Assembly (NCBI GenBank): GCA_017654855.1
Contig: CM030333.1
Span: forward strand, 2,976,001 to 3,040,000
Direction of reading: 5' to 3'
DNA: 64,000 bases
Origin: Podospora anserina
Taxonomy: Eukaryota
The position numbers and the translations under genes were made by a program. The first letter of the stretch is position 1, and each line of letters opens with the position of its first letter. This document shows, one piece after another, positions 1-12,556 of the stretch. The notes beneath the pieces are model-generated. The model did not search any database and was not told the origin of the DNA. It saw only the letters and a list, made by a program, of their open reading frames with translations.

Positions 1-378
1 TTGGCAGTTTCGGAGTCTTCCTCACGTTTCTTGCGATACCCCTGGTTTTCTTTGTAATGTCGATTTAGTTCATCGTCACACTATATCAATGGGGACAAAG
101 GTTGTTTCAAAAATCACCACATGTGATAATGATATGTAATGAGTGGCTAATGATGATCATCCTGACAAAATTAAACAAAGAAGAGTTCATGAAGGAGTGT
201 CGGTAAATCTGTCATATCTTATATCCATCCATCCATCCCAACCAGCGGTCCCAGGCTCGTCTCAAGATGTGATCATCAACCCATAAATCCCCTATTCACA
301 GTTCCCCTTATTCACAGTCCTCCCAGTGGCTTGTGCGCTTCAGTGCTCGGAGCCTTGCCCCGTTGGTTTGAGGAGCAT

Positions 379-748
379 TTAGCAAAAGCTGCCCAAAACG
401 GGTCCCAGAGCAGGGAGTGATTCGACGCAGCTGCAAAGCTGTTGAATGTTAGAGACGAAAGAGCTAGATATCGGCCAACGAAGAAAGGGCTTCACGTACA
501 GGAGCGATGTTGGTGACACCGCCAAGGCAGGCTGCGATATTGCTGAGGTTCAAAGTTGGAATGGCACCAAGCAGGCAAAGAGCCTGGAAGAGAGGGATGC
601 CGACGAGGCTGTTGACGCAGGTGTTGACGTCCACTGGAGGAAGGGTGACCTGGCGGTCGACAAGGACGGGGGCAGTGTCCACCTGGGCGGGGGCAGCAAG
701 GCCGGTGGTGGCGACGGCGAGGGGAAGGAAGATCTTGGAGAACTGCAT
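379..748 (-). CDS. Small secreted cysteine-rich protein (~102 aa, 6 Cys), 2 exons (748-500, 438-379)
   Basis: Signal-peptide-like MQFSKIFLPLAVATTGLA. A GTACGT donor, CTAAC branch and CAG acceptor splice in exon 2 LCSCVESLPALGPVLGSFC*. Confidence 0.75.
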
Positions 749-2257
749 TTTGATGGTGGCCGGTGGTAATAGACATTGAGAGGATGTAGGTACTGGTGGT
801 AATGATGTTGTTGGAAAGGTGGTAAGGATACTTGAAGGCTTGAATGCTGATGGAGAGAAAAGGGTTGAGGTGTTGTCGGGGATGGCGTGCGTTCCTTTAT
901 AGTATTTTCCGGTCTCCGATCATCGGTCTCCCTCATCGGATCCTGTCCTCCCATGGAGGTGAAGTCGGATACGGAGCACAGCGCAACGTGACTTCGGTTA
1001 TTGGTTCAGCTCTCTTCGACCACCACCATCCTTTGGAGTTGATGTCGGAACGCACATCTCAAGGGGGTTCTGAACCCCACCTCGCATCATGAGGTGCCTT
1101 CGTTTCCGAGGCCTGCATAGTCACAAGGCGGTGCTCAACTGGAGTATCGACATCGGCAAGTCGACAACACTGTGTGGTGGACGAAAGCGAACCCTCCTGC
1201 AGGATGCATCTTTTTCAAGGACAACTTCCTGAACTTGACTTCCAATAGAATTCTGAGAAAATCCTACAGATTAGTCAAGGCCATCCATCTTCACGCATAT
1301 ACTGTTCCTATCTGGTAGTGATAGACAGCATAGCTGGGAACAAGACACTCGGTGAGCAACCACCTCGTGAATAGGGGGGTGCCTGACAGGGCAAAAGAAA
1401 ACAATGGCACCTCGGCTGGGGTCGGCGGCAGCTTGCACAGAATGGCTCGCTTCGGCACGAACAGATGAAGGAAGTCGGCCGGCAGCGTGACCCATGGGGG
1501 GTGGTAATCCGTCGGGATCAGCCGCCATCATGGCCCATCGGATACGAGTTACACCAATAGATACATCACAAAACCGCTCTAGGCCTCGTCAGCAAAATAT
1601 GTCAGAATTCGACGATAAAAGCCGGAAGCACGGCAATTTGCCGCCGCACCAACAAACAAGCAAGCACGTTGAGGGCCCTCATCCATGCAGCGGCGGTGTG
1701 TTGCAGAAGGCTGCTTCTTTTCTGGAAGTGAGGCCGGCCAAAATCAGTAGTCGAGGTCCCGTCACTCACCACCAACCAGCTTCCGGCTCAGCGCTTGCCA
1801 GTCCCAGTCTCGCCAGGCCCTACAAAAGTTCCATCGAGTTCAATAAAACATTGGACGACACGACATTCTTGGCGCGATCGCTATTCTTGTTCTTGGGACA
1901 TGTGGCTTTCATACCAAGAGAAAGTTGGTGTATGAACTCGGTTATTTCGGGCTTGGAGGTGAAGAAGTTTGAACCCTTCAACAGCCAACAAAGCCAGGAG
2001 GAATTGAGGATTCTACACCCTCATTAGCATCCTATCTGCAAGCCGAGAGTCTTATCTGTTTGCGTACACTTTTAGAGATAATACCCAAAAGAAACATCCC
2101 CGCATGCTCCTCATGTGGACAATCCGAGACCCTTCTTTCCGAGACCTCCGCTTGCCGCCTGAAACAGTGTGCAACAGCAGCGGCAACTGACACTGGAATA
2201 TCATTGAGCTGGCGGCAATGGACGTCGAGTGCAGAGGTGCAGACCGAAATCGACCGA

Positions 2258-3081
2258 TTACTCCTTGATCTCGCGTTTGTGAAAGACACCTGCAAAAGAA
2301 CCAGATCAGCAACTTGAGCAAAAGCTGGATCCTTGATGAGCATCAAACAGGAATCAAAGGTCCAAGCACCCAACATTCGGATTTCCCTTCCTGACAAACC
2401 CCCAAACCTTCTCCCACCAACAATCCTCCACACTATCGAATCCTTCGTGACAACTTCCCAATCTCACTCGGACGAAATTTCCCTGGCAAGAAAAAAAAGC
2501 ACACCTACCATTGATCTCAGGCATCCAAGAAGCCCTCTCCTTGCAAAAGAACTCCCCCTTTGGCGGGATATTTTCTGGCTCATCAAGAGACCCCCACATG
2601 ACGTACCGAAACTTGTCGGCTGCTTCTTTCTGCCATTTCTCGATTAGTCCATTGTGTACGTAAAGCCATCCTTCAGTATCATATCTCCCGCAAAACATCG
2701 AGATCCAAAAAACCATCTCTGAAGTCCTGACAGTCATGTTGGCTGTCCCATCACTCCCCCAAATACGGGATGCAATCAAGAGGGCGAGAAGGTACTTACA
2801 CCATACTCGCAAATAAAAACCCCACACTCCCCGCAAAACTCCCTCGTCACCCCGTTCTGCTGCGTGTACTTCTTGAGCGTCTCTGTCCCGTCATTGTACG
2901 AGAAAGCATCCAAGGCAACCTTGGCTGTGAGTCCGTAATTTGTCCCAAAGGCTCGCTTGCAGGACTTGCAGTGACAGAGTGTTGTCCGAGCATCTTCCAC
3001 CGAGTTGAGGGTGAGGGTGTACTGGACGGTTTTGCAGGTGCAGCCTCCTTTGAGTTGGGTCTTGGAGTGAGAGGAGGACAT
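2258..3081 (-). CDS. GFA / CENP-V / Mss4-like zinc-binding protein, 3 exons (3081-2800, 2629-2509, 2289-2258)
   Basis: GGCTCK..LCHCKSCKR..REFCGECG motifs; canonical splice sites join KEAADKFRYVMWGSLDEPE and GVFHKREIKE*. Confidence 0.85.
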
Positions 3082-3129
3082 TGTACGTGCTTGAAGGTAG
3101 AAGTCGATGGGGTGGTGAGTGGTGATCTT

Positions 3130-3165
3130 GGTGGTGGTGGTGGTGGTGGTGGTGGTGGTGGTGGT
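3130..3165. repeat. (GGT)12 microsatellite in the 5' region of the GFA gene
   Basis: Direct reading. Confidence 0.9.
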
Positions 3166-3639
3166 CGGTAAGAGTAGTAAGCGTGGGGTGTAAGTGGTGG
3201 TGGTTGTGGTAGTGGTGACTAGTGTGGACTTGATTCGAAGGGGGGAGAGGATGCAGGTGCGCATTGATGAGTTGCCAATTCCTGGGAAAGAAAAGAAATG
3301 GATGATTGTTGATGGCTGGAGAGATCAAAGTCGCGTGGCTTGTGGGATAGGGGGCCTGTGGTGGGTGGTGTCCTTTTGTGACGTCAATGATTTCGCTGCT
3401 TGGTTGAAGTGAGTACTTTCGACATCTCACTTCTCTCACAGTCTCACTCATCATCCCTCCTACCTCTCATGTCGAAGACCCTCTTCCTAATTGGCACCTG
3501 GCTCTTCAAATTCTGGTTTCTCTTGCATTTTGCATGCCATTCATCGCATACATCCCTCTACAGATCAACTCTGTCTTGGAGTCGCCCATCCATCTCCTTC
3601 TTGAATGGTAGCCACGACGCTACTCACATCCAATCAGAA

Positions 3640-3739
3640 GCCCGATTAGCTCAGCTGGTTAGAGCGTCGTACTAATATTACTCTCTTTGAGTCATATCAA
3701 GTCATGCGAAGGTCAACAGTTCAATCCTGTTATTGGGCA
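3640..3739 (+). tRNA. tRNA-Ile (anticodon AAT) with ~26-nt intron (3678-3703)
   Basis: Acceptor stem GCCCGAT/ATTGGGC, A-box TAGCTCAGCTGG, anticodon stem TCGTA/TGCGA with loop CT-AAT-A, T-loop GTTCAATC, downstream T-tracts. Confidence 0.9.
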
Positions 3740-3862
3740 CATTCTTTTGCCATTTTTATTTTATTTTTTACTTTCTATCGAGTCATTAATTATTTTTCAT
3801 AATTCTGATAATGAACGCTAATGCTATGGTTTTGTTACCCCATCCCTCATTTTATCCTTCCC

Positions 3863-5407
3863 TTACTCAACAAGCTTGGTACCCCTGATCACAACACCAG
3901 CCTTGACAATCTGGCCGTTACCAACATCAAACTCCTTGAGCAAAGCCAAGTTCTCCGACGCAAGGACCTCCTCAAGAGGCACCTCAACAGCGCCAATCTC
4001 GTTCTTGCCATCCATCAGGGCAATTCTTACAGGAGCAGCACCTTCGATGCTGCCAGAGAGAGGAATGCGGAAAGTGTTGTCAAAGTGAGGGTTCTGGATA
4101 TCCTCAGCGCCGCCCGGAACATCACACTTGACGACGGTCTGGAAGTTGTGCGCGCCCCAGGTGATGGCGACGCTGGGCTTGAGCTGCTCGCGAGCACCCT
4201 TGAGGTTCTTGACAGCAGCAACAAGGACGGCGAGCAAGCCCTTGATCTCTGCGGGGTTCTCCTCGCCGATGATGCTGGTGGCATCGGGGATGAATTGGTA
4301 GTATTTGCCGCTGACAGTAAGCTTGCCCGCGGTCTCCTCGCCCTTGTGCATGAGGGTAAGATCCTGCTTCTGACCATGAGCCAGGAGGAGGTTCTTGACG
4401 GTGATGGTGGCGAGGCCAATGTCATCGTCGGAAGCGGTGTCTGAGTCCTTGACATCCAACGCCAGCAACTGATCATGATCAGAGACGATAAAGTCTCTGG
4501 TCTCGTTCCACTCGGGGTGGTGGTTGTCCTTGACCGTGGCTGTCTTCCAGCCGGGAGTCTCGCCTGAGAGGGAGGTGGTGACGTAGCAGTCTGGGACATC
4601 GTGGACGAGCTTCTTGAAAATGTTCTTGGACTTGAGCTCCTCGCCAAAGTTGCTTCCTGACTCGATGGTGAGACGGACGACACCGACTGGGAGCTGGTAG
4701 GTCTTGAAGTAATCGTTGAATGGGTCGAGCTTCACGAGGAAGCGGTTAGGAAGGACGGCCATGCCGGCAATGATGGACTGGACGACCTTGCGGACGCATG
4801 AGTCGATGAAGCCAAGATTGGCAATGTTGGCGCCATCTGTGTAGTTAAACTTGAGGTAAGGGGGGTTGATGAAGGAGACTTGGGCGGCGCCAATCTGCGA
4901 GTCTGTTAGTAAGGCATGCCTAGACTTGCTCCAAAGAACCTCGGTCAACTTACAAGAGGGATCACATTGGTGATTGGGCAGAGCAGGATAGATAGTCTGC
5001 CACTCAGCTTGACGTGCTCGACGCCCACCTTAGGGATCATCTTTCCGTCCATCTCGATATCGCAGTTGCCATCCCAGTTGACATCCAAGTCCAGCTTGAT
5101 ACCACCGTTGTCAACCTTATGCACATCCACGTTGGAGAAGGTCATGGGCTGAACGCCCAAGTCAATCTTGGCGAAGTGAAGTGTGTTCAGGGGAGCAGGA
5201 AGCATCTGCGCGAACATGGGCTCAGCAATCTGCTTGATCATGGCGCCACCGGCAACACAGATATTGGGCCATAGGTGACCAACGAGGTCGTTCAGGAAAC
5301 CTGTATGTTTGTCAGTTGAATCCCGAGTCTTGTTTGTGGTTGGAACATGACATACCCGCTGACTCGGGACCGCCAGAGGCAGTGAGAGTCTCTACTAGGG
5401 ACGCCAT
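3863..5407 (-). CDS. SMP + C2 domain protein (extended synaptotagmin/tricalbin-like, short form), 3 exons (5407-5356, 5300-4954, 4894-3863)
   Basis: ESAGFLNDLVGHLWP, LHFAKIDLG and GRLSILLCP are SMP-like; PDCYV..HPEWNET..DDDIG is C2-like. Splice signals are canonical. Confidence 0.85.
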
Positions 5408-6482
5408 GGTGTGTGATGTGTGTGAGACTAGGGGACCGTAACTAGGGAATAGGCCGCAACTAGCAGAGTCAACTGTGAAGAAGTTAAAATATGGCAGAAA
5501 GACAGCAACGAGTTGGGCAAACGTATCATATATACCCAAACCGGGTCTGGCTGTGCACAGCAACGCGAAGAGGGAGCAGGAGGAGGGGCTGCGGGGTCCT
5601 GGGGCCCGCTGCCTTGGCATCCGATCAGTTGTGGACTTTCGATAGCAATCGCTTGGCGGTGGGGTGATACGAGTGACGTCAAACTCTTGCCATGCATACG
5701 GTGACGAGTGGTTTTTTCTGTTTGGACTGATTTCAACAAATCATTGAGGCTAAAACAAGCACAAGGGCCAAGATCCGGTCATCTTGGCTCATGGTTTCAG
5801 GTAGGAATGTTGGGCTTGGAAGCACGCTGACGTTGCAGCTGGGGAAGTCGGGCAGTGCAGGAGCAAAAGAGCTGACGGGTGGAGTATGCCGAATTCGGAA
5901 AAGTGAGGGTATTCCCAGCTGAGTCAGGAGTGGGGATGTTCGTTGTTTGCGGAGGCCGCCGCCAGGCCACCCCCGGTGGACGGCTCAACAAAAAAAGGAG
6001 AGACTCGTTTGCTACGAGTTACTGATTTTTGCTGATCTCATAAACAAACAATCAAGAAGCTTTCCATTCGGCTCTTGAGGAGCGGCCTTCAAACGACCCG
6101 GAGATCGTGACGATAGCAGCGTCTAATCACGGTGTGCTGCGAACAATCGTCCCTATCGATAAGGCCCAAGCATATGCGCCCAACGGTCGATCGATTGGCG
6201 GTTTAGCAGGGGTTATTGAGGGGAAATGCGACCTGAATTCAGGGGTTCAGGGGCGAGTGAGAGGTAGGTAATAAACAACACCAAGCATACAACAGACTAT
6301 GGAAGTTTCGTGGATAATCACAGATCAAAAGTTCAAGATTTTGGGACAAGTTCAATAATTTGTTAAAAAAATACGATTAAGATCATTGATCAGATTCAGG
6401 CTCACATTCTATTTTTAGAGGCCAGGTCTTCATTATCTCCAGGAGTGGTATTTTTGGCAACTAAAACCTACCTTGCCAGTGT

Positions 6483-7235
6483 CTACTGTAGACCGAAGAA
6501 ACCAACAGGAGGAGGTTGCGGGACACGGCCACGCCATGAGTGCCCCTCCCTGACGAGCTGCTGACGAAGCTGGTCGAGGAGATAATTCTGCTCATTATTG
6601 CGAGGGGGCGCAACCCAGGGTGCAAAATATGTACCATTAGCATTAGGTGGGAAGGCCGCTCGCTGCTCAAAATCGGTCAGCTCGAGAGCACCGCCAGCGG
6701 AATGAAGCAAGATATTCCTGACCTGAAAGTCATCATAGCCCTCCTGCCGAAGCTCAGTGATATGCCGGGCAATGTAGTTCATTCTGTCGACCCGACAGTT
6801 GTGGCAGAAGTTGGGGATAGACCCCTCATCGTCTTTGGTAGGGGGGATGTTGATGGGGGAGTAGGTTTCCACTGGGAGGTCCCAGGCATAGGCAGGGTGT
6901 GTGCAGCCGTTGGAAGCAACCTGGCTCGTAGTATACACCAATTTGTGTCGGCAGGTGGGGCAAGTGACGGCCTTACCGGCTTCTATCAGATGTTTTTCCC
7001 AGCGCCCGTAGCAAGCCTTGCACATCATGTGCCCGCAGAAAAGAGTTACTCCCGGGTGGGCATTGGCAATGTTTTGCGGAGGAGTGGCAGGGGTGAGGAT
7101 CTCGTCCTTGTCGAGGCAGATGACACAGTGCACAACAGGCGTTGTGGTGGCACCGGGGTAGTTTCCGAGACGGTTTTCCTGAATCCAAGCCTTGAGTGTA
7201 GGCCAGTACTGAAGCTCTGCTCTTTGAGAAGCCAT
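6483..7235 (-). CDS. RING-finger protein, 250 aa
   Basis: CVIC...CGHMMCKAC...CPTCR is a C3HC4 pattern. Confidence 0.75.
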   Translation of the reverse strand: MASQRAELQYWPTLKAWIQENRLGNYPGATTTPVVHCVICLDKDEILTPATPPQNIANAHPGVTLFCGHMMCKACYGRWEKHLIEAGKAVTCPTCRHKLVYTTSQVASNGCTHPAYAWDLPVETYSPINIPPTKDDEGSIPNFCHNCRVDRMNYIARHITELRQEGYDDFQVRNILLHSAGGALELTDFEQRAAFPPNANGTYFAPWVAPPRNNEQNYLLDQLRQQLVREGHSWRGRVPQPPPVGFFGLQ

Positions 7236-9308
7236 TTTGATGGTAAATCGGGTTCTGGAAAAAGAGGTTAGTTGGGTAGTAGTTTGAGTTGAGACGTTAC
7301 CTAGCGGAAGAATAAGTTAAGGTAGCTGTTGCGGTGAAGTGAACTGAATGGTTCGATGAAGATGAATGATGATGGCAGAGACGAGCGGTCGTGCTTTAAT
7401 AGGCTTCTTTGCTGTTATCTCTGATTCATTTACAATATAGTTGAAGTGAGTTAAATCATGCTGTCCAACTGATAGCTACCTATGTTTATTCGAATATTCG
7501 CCTTGTCTTCTAAGTATATGCAGCCAGAACAATTCCATTGTGCTACCAGACAGAGTCGCCTTTGTTCTCGCACCGGAATTTACTGGCGGCAGTTACCACA
7601 TCCGTTGGGACCTGCATGTGGTCCACCTAGATACTATCTCGGAATATTGCTTCAGCGAATACCTGCCAACCTGGTGCTTAATGAATGTGCGGCATGCATC
7701 AGGAAGATGGCCGAAGAAGATTAATATCAAACGGTTGGTGCGAACGATTGTTCAAACCTCACACAGAAAACTATCTAGTATAGTTTTGATGGTATTCCTG
7801 TTCACATTTTCTGCAGCATTACAGGTACTTTGGAATTCTTTGTCTGAACACCCTTCACAACAAAGGGTCATAGCCAAAGTTGTCTTTCTTTCATACTTGG
7901 AGGGTGACAACAAAGAAATATCAGCCAAGGCGGGTAGATAGAGCAGGATTTGTATCCCACATGGGTAGGAAGATACGACAATGGAGAGCTGGTAGCGAGT
8001 TATCACCTACAACCAGCCCTGGGCGATCGGTGGCAGGTGTGATCCCGAAACAGTTACGCCAGATGGCCACCATTAGTATCGAGTGTCAAACACTTCCAAG
8101 ACCCTTATCAATCTTATGTGGCTGTCACCATCAGCAGCCTTTTTTGTTTGGTGCAGAGACAACTTTCATAGCAAAATCACCTATGGCGGTGGAAATAAGC
8201 CCATGGGTGTTTCCAGCTGAGAGGCCATATCGACAAGCTGAAAGGAACTGGCAAATGCATTTTCGTAAATGACTGGGCGATCGTCTTGTTACAGCTCGGC
8301 GTGGAGAAAGATGGTATGGTCTTGATGAACTACCGTATGCTGCCGGGACTTTGTGCATCCGCACGTTTTGTGCAATTGGAGATGTATGAGGAGTGGGGGG
8401 TGCGCCACCTGCCTGTAATAACAGTTGCACCTTCCAGGTTCACCTCATATCGAAGCTTGAAAGTGGAAGGCACAACTCCAGATTCCGCGATGAGAAAGTG
8501 CATTGCAGATGTTCGGCGGAAGGAGCCGCCGGCATGGACGCTCTTTGCAACTTCCCAACCGAAACTCGACTGACAGATTTGAGCGAGTGAAAAGGAAGGG
8601 ACGACAACGAATAGTCCCAATGCGGGCTTTATACTTGCCATCACTGCTCATCTGAATCAGTATCTTCTCGATAACCACCCGACACAGATAAGGGAAACTG
8701 TTGTTCACTGGTTCCTGTCGAAAGTGAGAAGCAACCGAGCAACCAAGAGGCCAGCACGATTCATATACCCGCCTGGGCATAGCTCCACAGGCTTCCTGGA
8801 AGGATGCGAGCAGACCGGGGTTTGAGAATAATCGGGAAATCCGCGCCGATAGACGAGCTGCAGGCTGAACAGGGGTCGGGGAGTTGCCAAGAGGGCCACA
8901 AGGTGGCATACTACAGCCAAGCTGGGGGTACATGAGGCACATCGATGCAGTGGTTGCAGCATAACTGTGGTGTTGATGTTGCCGGTAGAAGTCTCCCAAG
9001 CACTTCCCATCGCGCTGTCAACATCCCCAACTTTGAACACCAAACTAGATGAAACTTGTTCCCCGCCCGCCATCGAAGATTCTGACCCGTTGCGCTACGA
9101 GCTTGGCAATGCCTGGCTAGGTCATAGTGTATGCAGGGGTCAAGGCGTCTAGTCCTAACCGAAGCATCACCGCGCAAGAATTCGAGGAGGAGACAAATAC
9201 ATACAGCTGGACTGCAAGCCCGTTCGGGGATTTCTTTCTCTGTCTCTCGACTTTCAACTTTGCACCTTTCAACAGTCCAGAATCGCCATCTTGACAACCT
9301 CCACCATC

Positions 9309-9974
9309 ATGCGAGCCCCCGATTCCACCACCACCTTGTGGTTCATACTCCTGTCAACCTTTGCTGTTGCCCAGGACACCACCGCCACCCCAAGACTGAC
9401 AGGCCTGCCAACTTTGGCACCGAGCGACCGTTGCGCGGCGTACTTTCAAAACGAATTACAAGCCTCGTATCCCACCCAACCAGCCGCCATCGCCGAGATC
9501 GTCAGTTCCAACTCGCTTGACCATGACCACGTCTTCGTGACAGGCGATCCCAAACTCCAACCAACAAACGCTCACTCTGACAGGAGAGTCGTCTGCTCGG
9601 GCGTCGTCGCCTTCCCGACCAAGATAGCCGGTGCCATTCCACAAAGGTCCACGAGTATACTGCAAGAGTTTGCTATCTGGCAAAAGGATGTGAGCTCGTG
9701 GGTCGATGCAAACAAGGAGTCGGTCAAGGCTTTTGCCACGAGCTGCTCCGGCGAGGGAGAGACGGGTGTTGCTGGGAACGCGCTTATGATGGTGGCTACC
9801 GATGTTGACGCATGCCTCACGGCTGCTGCAGTTGGTCTTGGGCCGACTGATGGGTCGAATGGCGTGGGTGGTCCGGCAGCAACGACGAGTACAGCGGGTG
9901 GACCTAGAGAGACTGGAGCTGCTGCCGTCGGTGCTTTGATGGGGATAGGAGTTGGATTGATGGGTATGCTTTGA
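9309..9974 (+). CDS. Secreted, probably GPI-anchored cell-surface protein
   Basis: N-terminal hydrophobic signal, Ser/Thr/Gly-rich tail and PRETG followed by a hydrophobic C-terminus. Confidence 0.7.
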   Translation: MRAPDSTTTLWFILLSTFAVAQDTTATPRLTGLPTLAPSDRCAAYFQNELQASYPTQPAAIAEIVSSNSLDHDHVFVTGDPKLQPTNAHSDRRVVCSGVVAFPTKIAGAIPQRSTSILQEFAIWQKDVSSWVDANKESVKAFATSCSGEGETGVAGNALMMVATDVDACLTAAAVGLGPTDGSNGVGGPAATTSTAGGPRETGAAAVGALMGIGVGLMGML

Positions 9975-10105
9975 GGGTTCAGCATCGCAGCCAGTCTGGA
10001 TCAGGACAGGTGCATGTGGAGCAGGAGCACATTGCCTCCTTGTTGCTGGGGGTCACGGGCAAGTAGCTGACACTTCTCTGTTCTCTCCATGTGTGTTAGA
10101 TTCAA

Positions 10106-10794
10106 CTACCCATTCATCCTGCCCCAACAGCATCTCCTAGCAGGCACGATGACCCTGCCCTCGAATCCTCGCCCGTTCGCTGAAGTTCCATATCTCAAAG
10201 TCACGTTGGCCGTTCCACCTAGTGTGATGCTTCCTACTTCACCATCGATGTTCTCCAGGGTCTGTTGCACAGTGATATCTGTCGGAAAAGTTCTGTCAGC
10301 TTTATATGCCCACGATTTTATACCCTTGCCGTCCCCTTTACTACATTTCCACATTTCCACATTCCCACATTCCCATATATAACTTTCTCCCGAATACCTA
10401 ACCCTTTCCCGCCCTTCTTTTCTCTTCACCGTTACCCATCTCACCAACACACACCCTTCCCCCAATCTCCCATCCACCTGGTCATCAAAGCAGAAATCAA
10501 CTCACCCGTCCTACCCCTATCCCCCCACTGATACCCAAATCCCCCCTCAGTACACTCCATCGTCTCCCCTCTCGTCTCAGGGTTATAAACCCAATGACAC
10601 TTGACCTCCCCCCTCCCCACCCCCTCCTCGTCCCCCCTCCCAAAAAACACAGACGTCGTGTCCTGATACCGCCACCCAGTGGCCGACGCTCCTCCCACAA
10701 TCGTCAAGTTCCAGTAGCCATACTCCTTTTCTATCACCGCACCAACTCCTGTCCTAACAATAAAAATGAAAGCAAGGCCAAAAAGGGAGAACAT
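10106..10794 (-). CDS. Small secreted protein, probably 2 exons (10794-10506, 10278-10106)
   Basis: Signal-like MFSLFGLAFIFIVRTGVGA; a GTGAGT donor and CTGAC..CAG acceptor join two ORF fragments in frame. Confidence 0.5.
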
Positions 10795-11281
10795 CGAGGT
10801 TGTCAGTGCGTTTGTGGACTTTGCGACGACAAATTCAGGGGTAGTGGATACCAAGGGCTAGTGGAGACAAATCGTTGGAGAGAATAAAGACAACGTTAGT
10901 ACGTAAAGAGATGGTACAGGATAATATACCCAAGGTCAAATCAAGCTTTCCCGAGTCCTGCAACGTTGCAATCGGTAGGGTCAATAAGAGGTAGTATGCC
11001 AGATTATGTAGGGTGTTCAGCCGGTATGCAAGTAACTACATCCGAACGTGTAACTGCAACCAAGGAGACAGAGTGAAACCAACAGAACCACAATTCAGCC
11101 GCTGCAGCTCTCGCCTCAGCCCTGGATATCAGGCGGCTGCAGGCGGCCAAGCATCACTCATTTGTCCAATAAGCAGTCTTGACCTTGCAATTAGTTTAGG
11201 TATCATTAGTCACAGACTAACGACGTGAACCAACTCTCGCCTCCCTCCCTACTTTGCTCCGTCGACGGCCGCCCTCTCGCC

Positions 11282-12073
11282 TCAGCAATCATCCCCACGA
11301 ACAAGGACATTCCAATTGTCCTTGAAGAACGCCTGGCCCTTGACCCTTTGATAGGTCGATCTACCAGTGATGCATCCACCATGCAGCACAGAATTCGCGC
11401 CATCGCCAATTTGCTTCCACGTGAGCTCCTTCTCTTCCAAGTTCTGTATATCTCATCGTCAGTCGACTTTCCTTCACTCAACCCCCCACCCAAAGCCAAG
11501 GCGAACTCACATCGTTGCACCAATAGATAGCCGACTTCCACGAACAGCTAACTCGTCCACAATTCCCCGGCCCCGGCCCGTTCTTGGGTGGGTCAGTGTT
11601 CAAACGCCTCAAGTAACAAATCCCGTCCCAGATTTTGCTCGTTCTCGCGCCGTCGTAGTCCACCTTGCAGTTGATGGACTCGGGCTGTTCATCAGCGGTG
11701 CCGGCGGAGACGAAGCTCGTGTCATCACCGGTGGGCATGGGATCGGTAGGGATTCCGGCTTGGAAGGTCTCGTTCCAGCCGGGGTAGGCGGCTTCCATTT
11801 GGGCAATGGCCTCCTCGATCGTGCCGGTCACGGTGACGATCTCGCTGGTGGGGTCGTCAAGCTTGACGGGGAGGTCCCAGGAAACGTCGACTATGTTGTA
11901 GCCGGCAATTCCGTTCGGGGCTTCGTCGGTGGAGGGGGAGGGAGCGCTGGAGACACCCTGTTTCATTGGTAAGCTGTTGGTGCTTCTTCTTCTCGGTCTT
12001 TGACGTGAGTAGGAGGCCATACCTTCAGAAAGGTGGCCAGGGCGGTGGCAGCGAAGATGGTACTGGACCACAT
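11282..12073 (-). CDS. Secreted cysteine-containing effector-like protein, 3 exons (12073-12023, 11957-11511, 11443-11282)
   Basis: Signal MWSSTIFAATALATFLK; core GPGPGNCGRVSCSWKSAIYWCND; last exon ends GQAFFKDNWNVLVRGDDC*; canonical introns. Confidence 0.8.
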
Positions 12074-12556
12074 GATGATGTCGCTTGCAGAGTCTTGGCG
12101 ATAAGATCTTGGTGCTTGAAGCCTCTTGGCGATGGAGAAAGAGTTCGGGAGGAGGCTACGAGGGCCAGGAGATGTATTAATAAGTCACGAAGAGGTTGAG
12201 AGCAGCTGATGGAAATGTGGGAAGCGGCCGTAAATTCCCACTCAAGTCATGAGATCAGCGTGCGCAAACGGAGTCTGTTGCTCTTGCCCCTTCAGACGAT
12301 TGACAACAGGAGCCTCTTCCCATATATGCTGAGCACATATCCCACCTGTTTCGACTGGCTTATAGCCACGGTTGAACCGCCCGCACAAAGACGGATTTGT
12401 TGCTTTGAGAACACATTCTTGTTGCTCCCACTAACAACCGAACTGTAATAAAAAACGTTAAAATGCGATACATGAAGGACTTGTTGCTCTCAAGCTCAGG
12501 TTCAACAGACGAAACAGCAGCCGTGGCGGGACTTGACGCAGACCACTAGCCGACTT

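Noticed and set aside
2776..3454. ORFs with poly-Thr/poly-His/poly-Gly tracts
   Set aside because: These are translations of the (GGT)n microsatellite upstream of the real GFA start at 3081.
7482..9150. Cluster of short overlapping ORFs
   Set aside because: No recognisable motifs or consistent splice model. It could be a degraded gene but cannot be supported.
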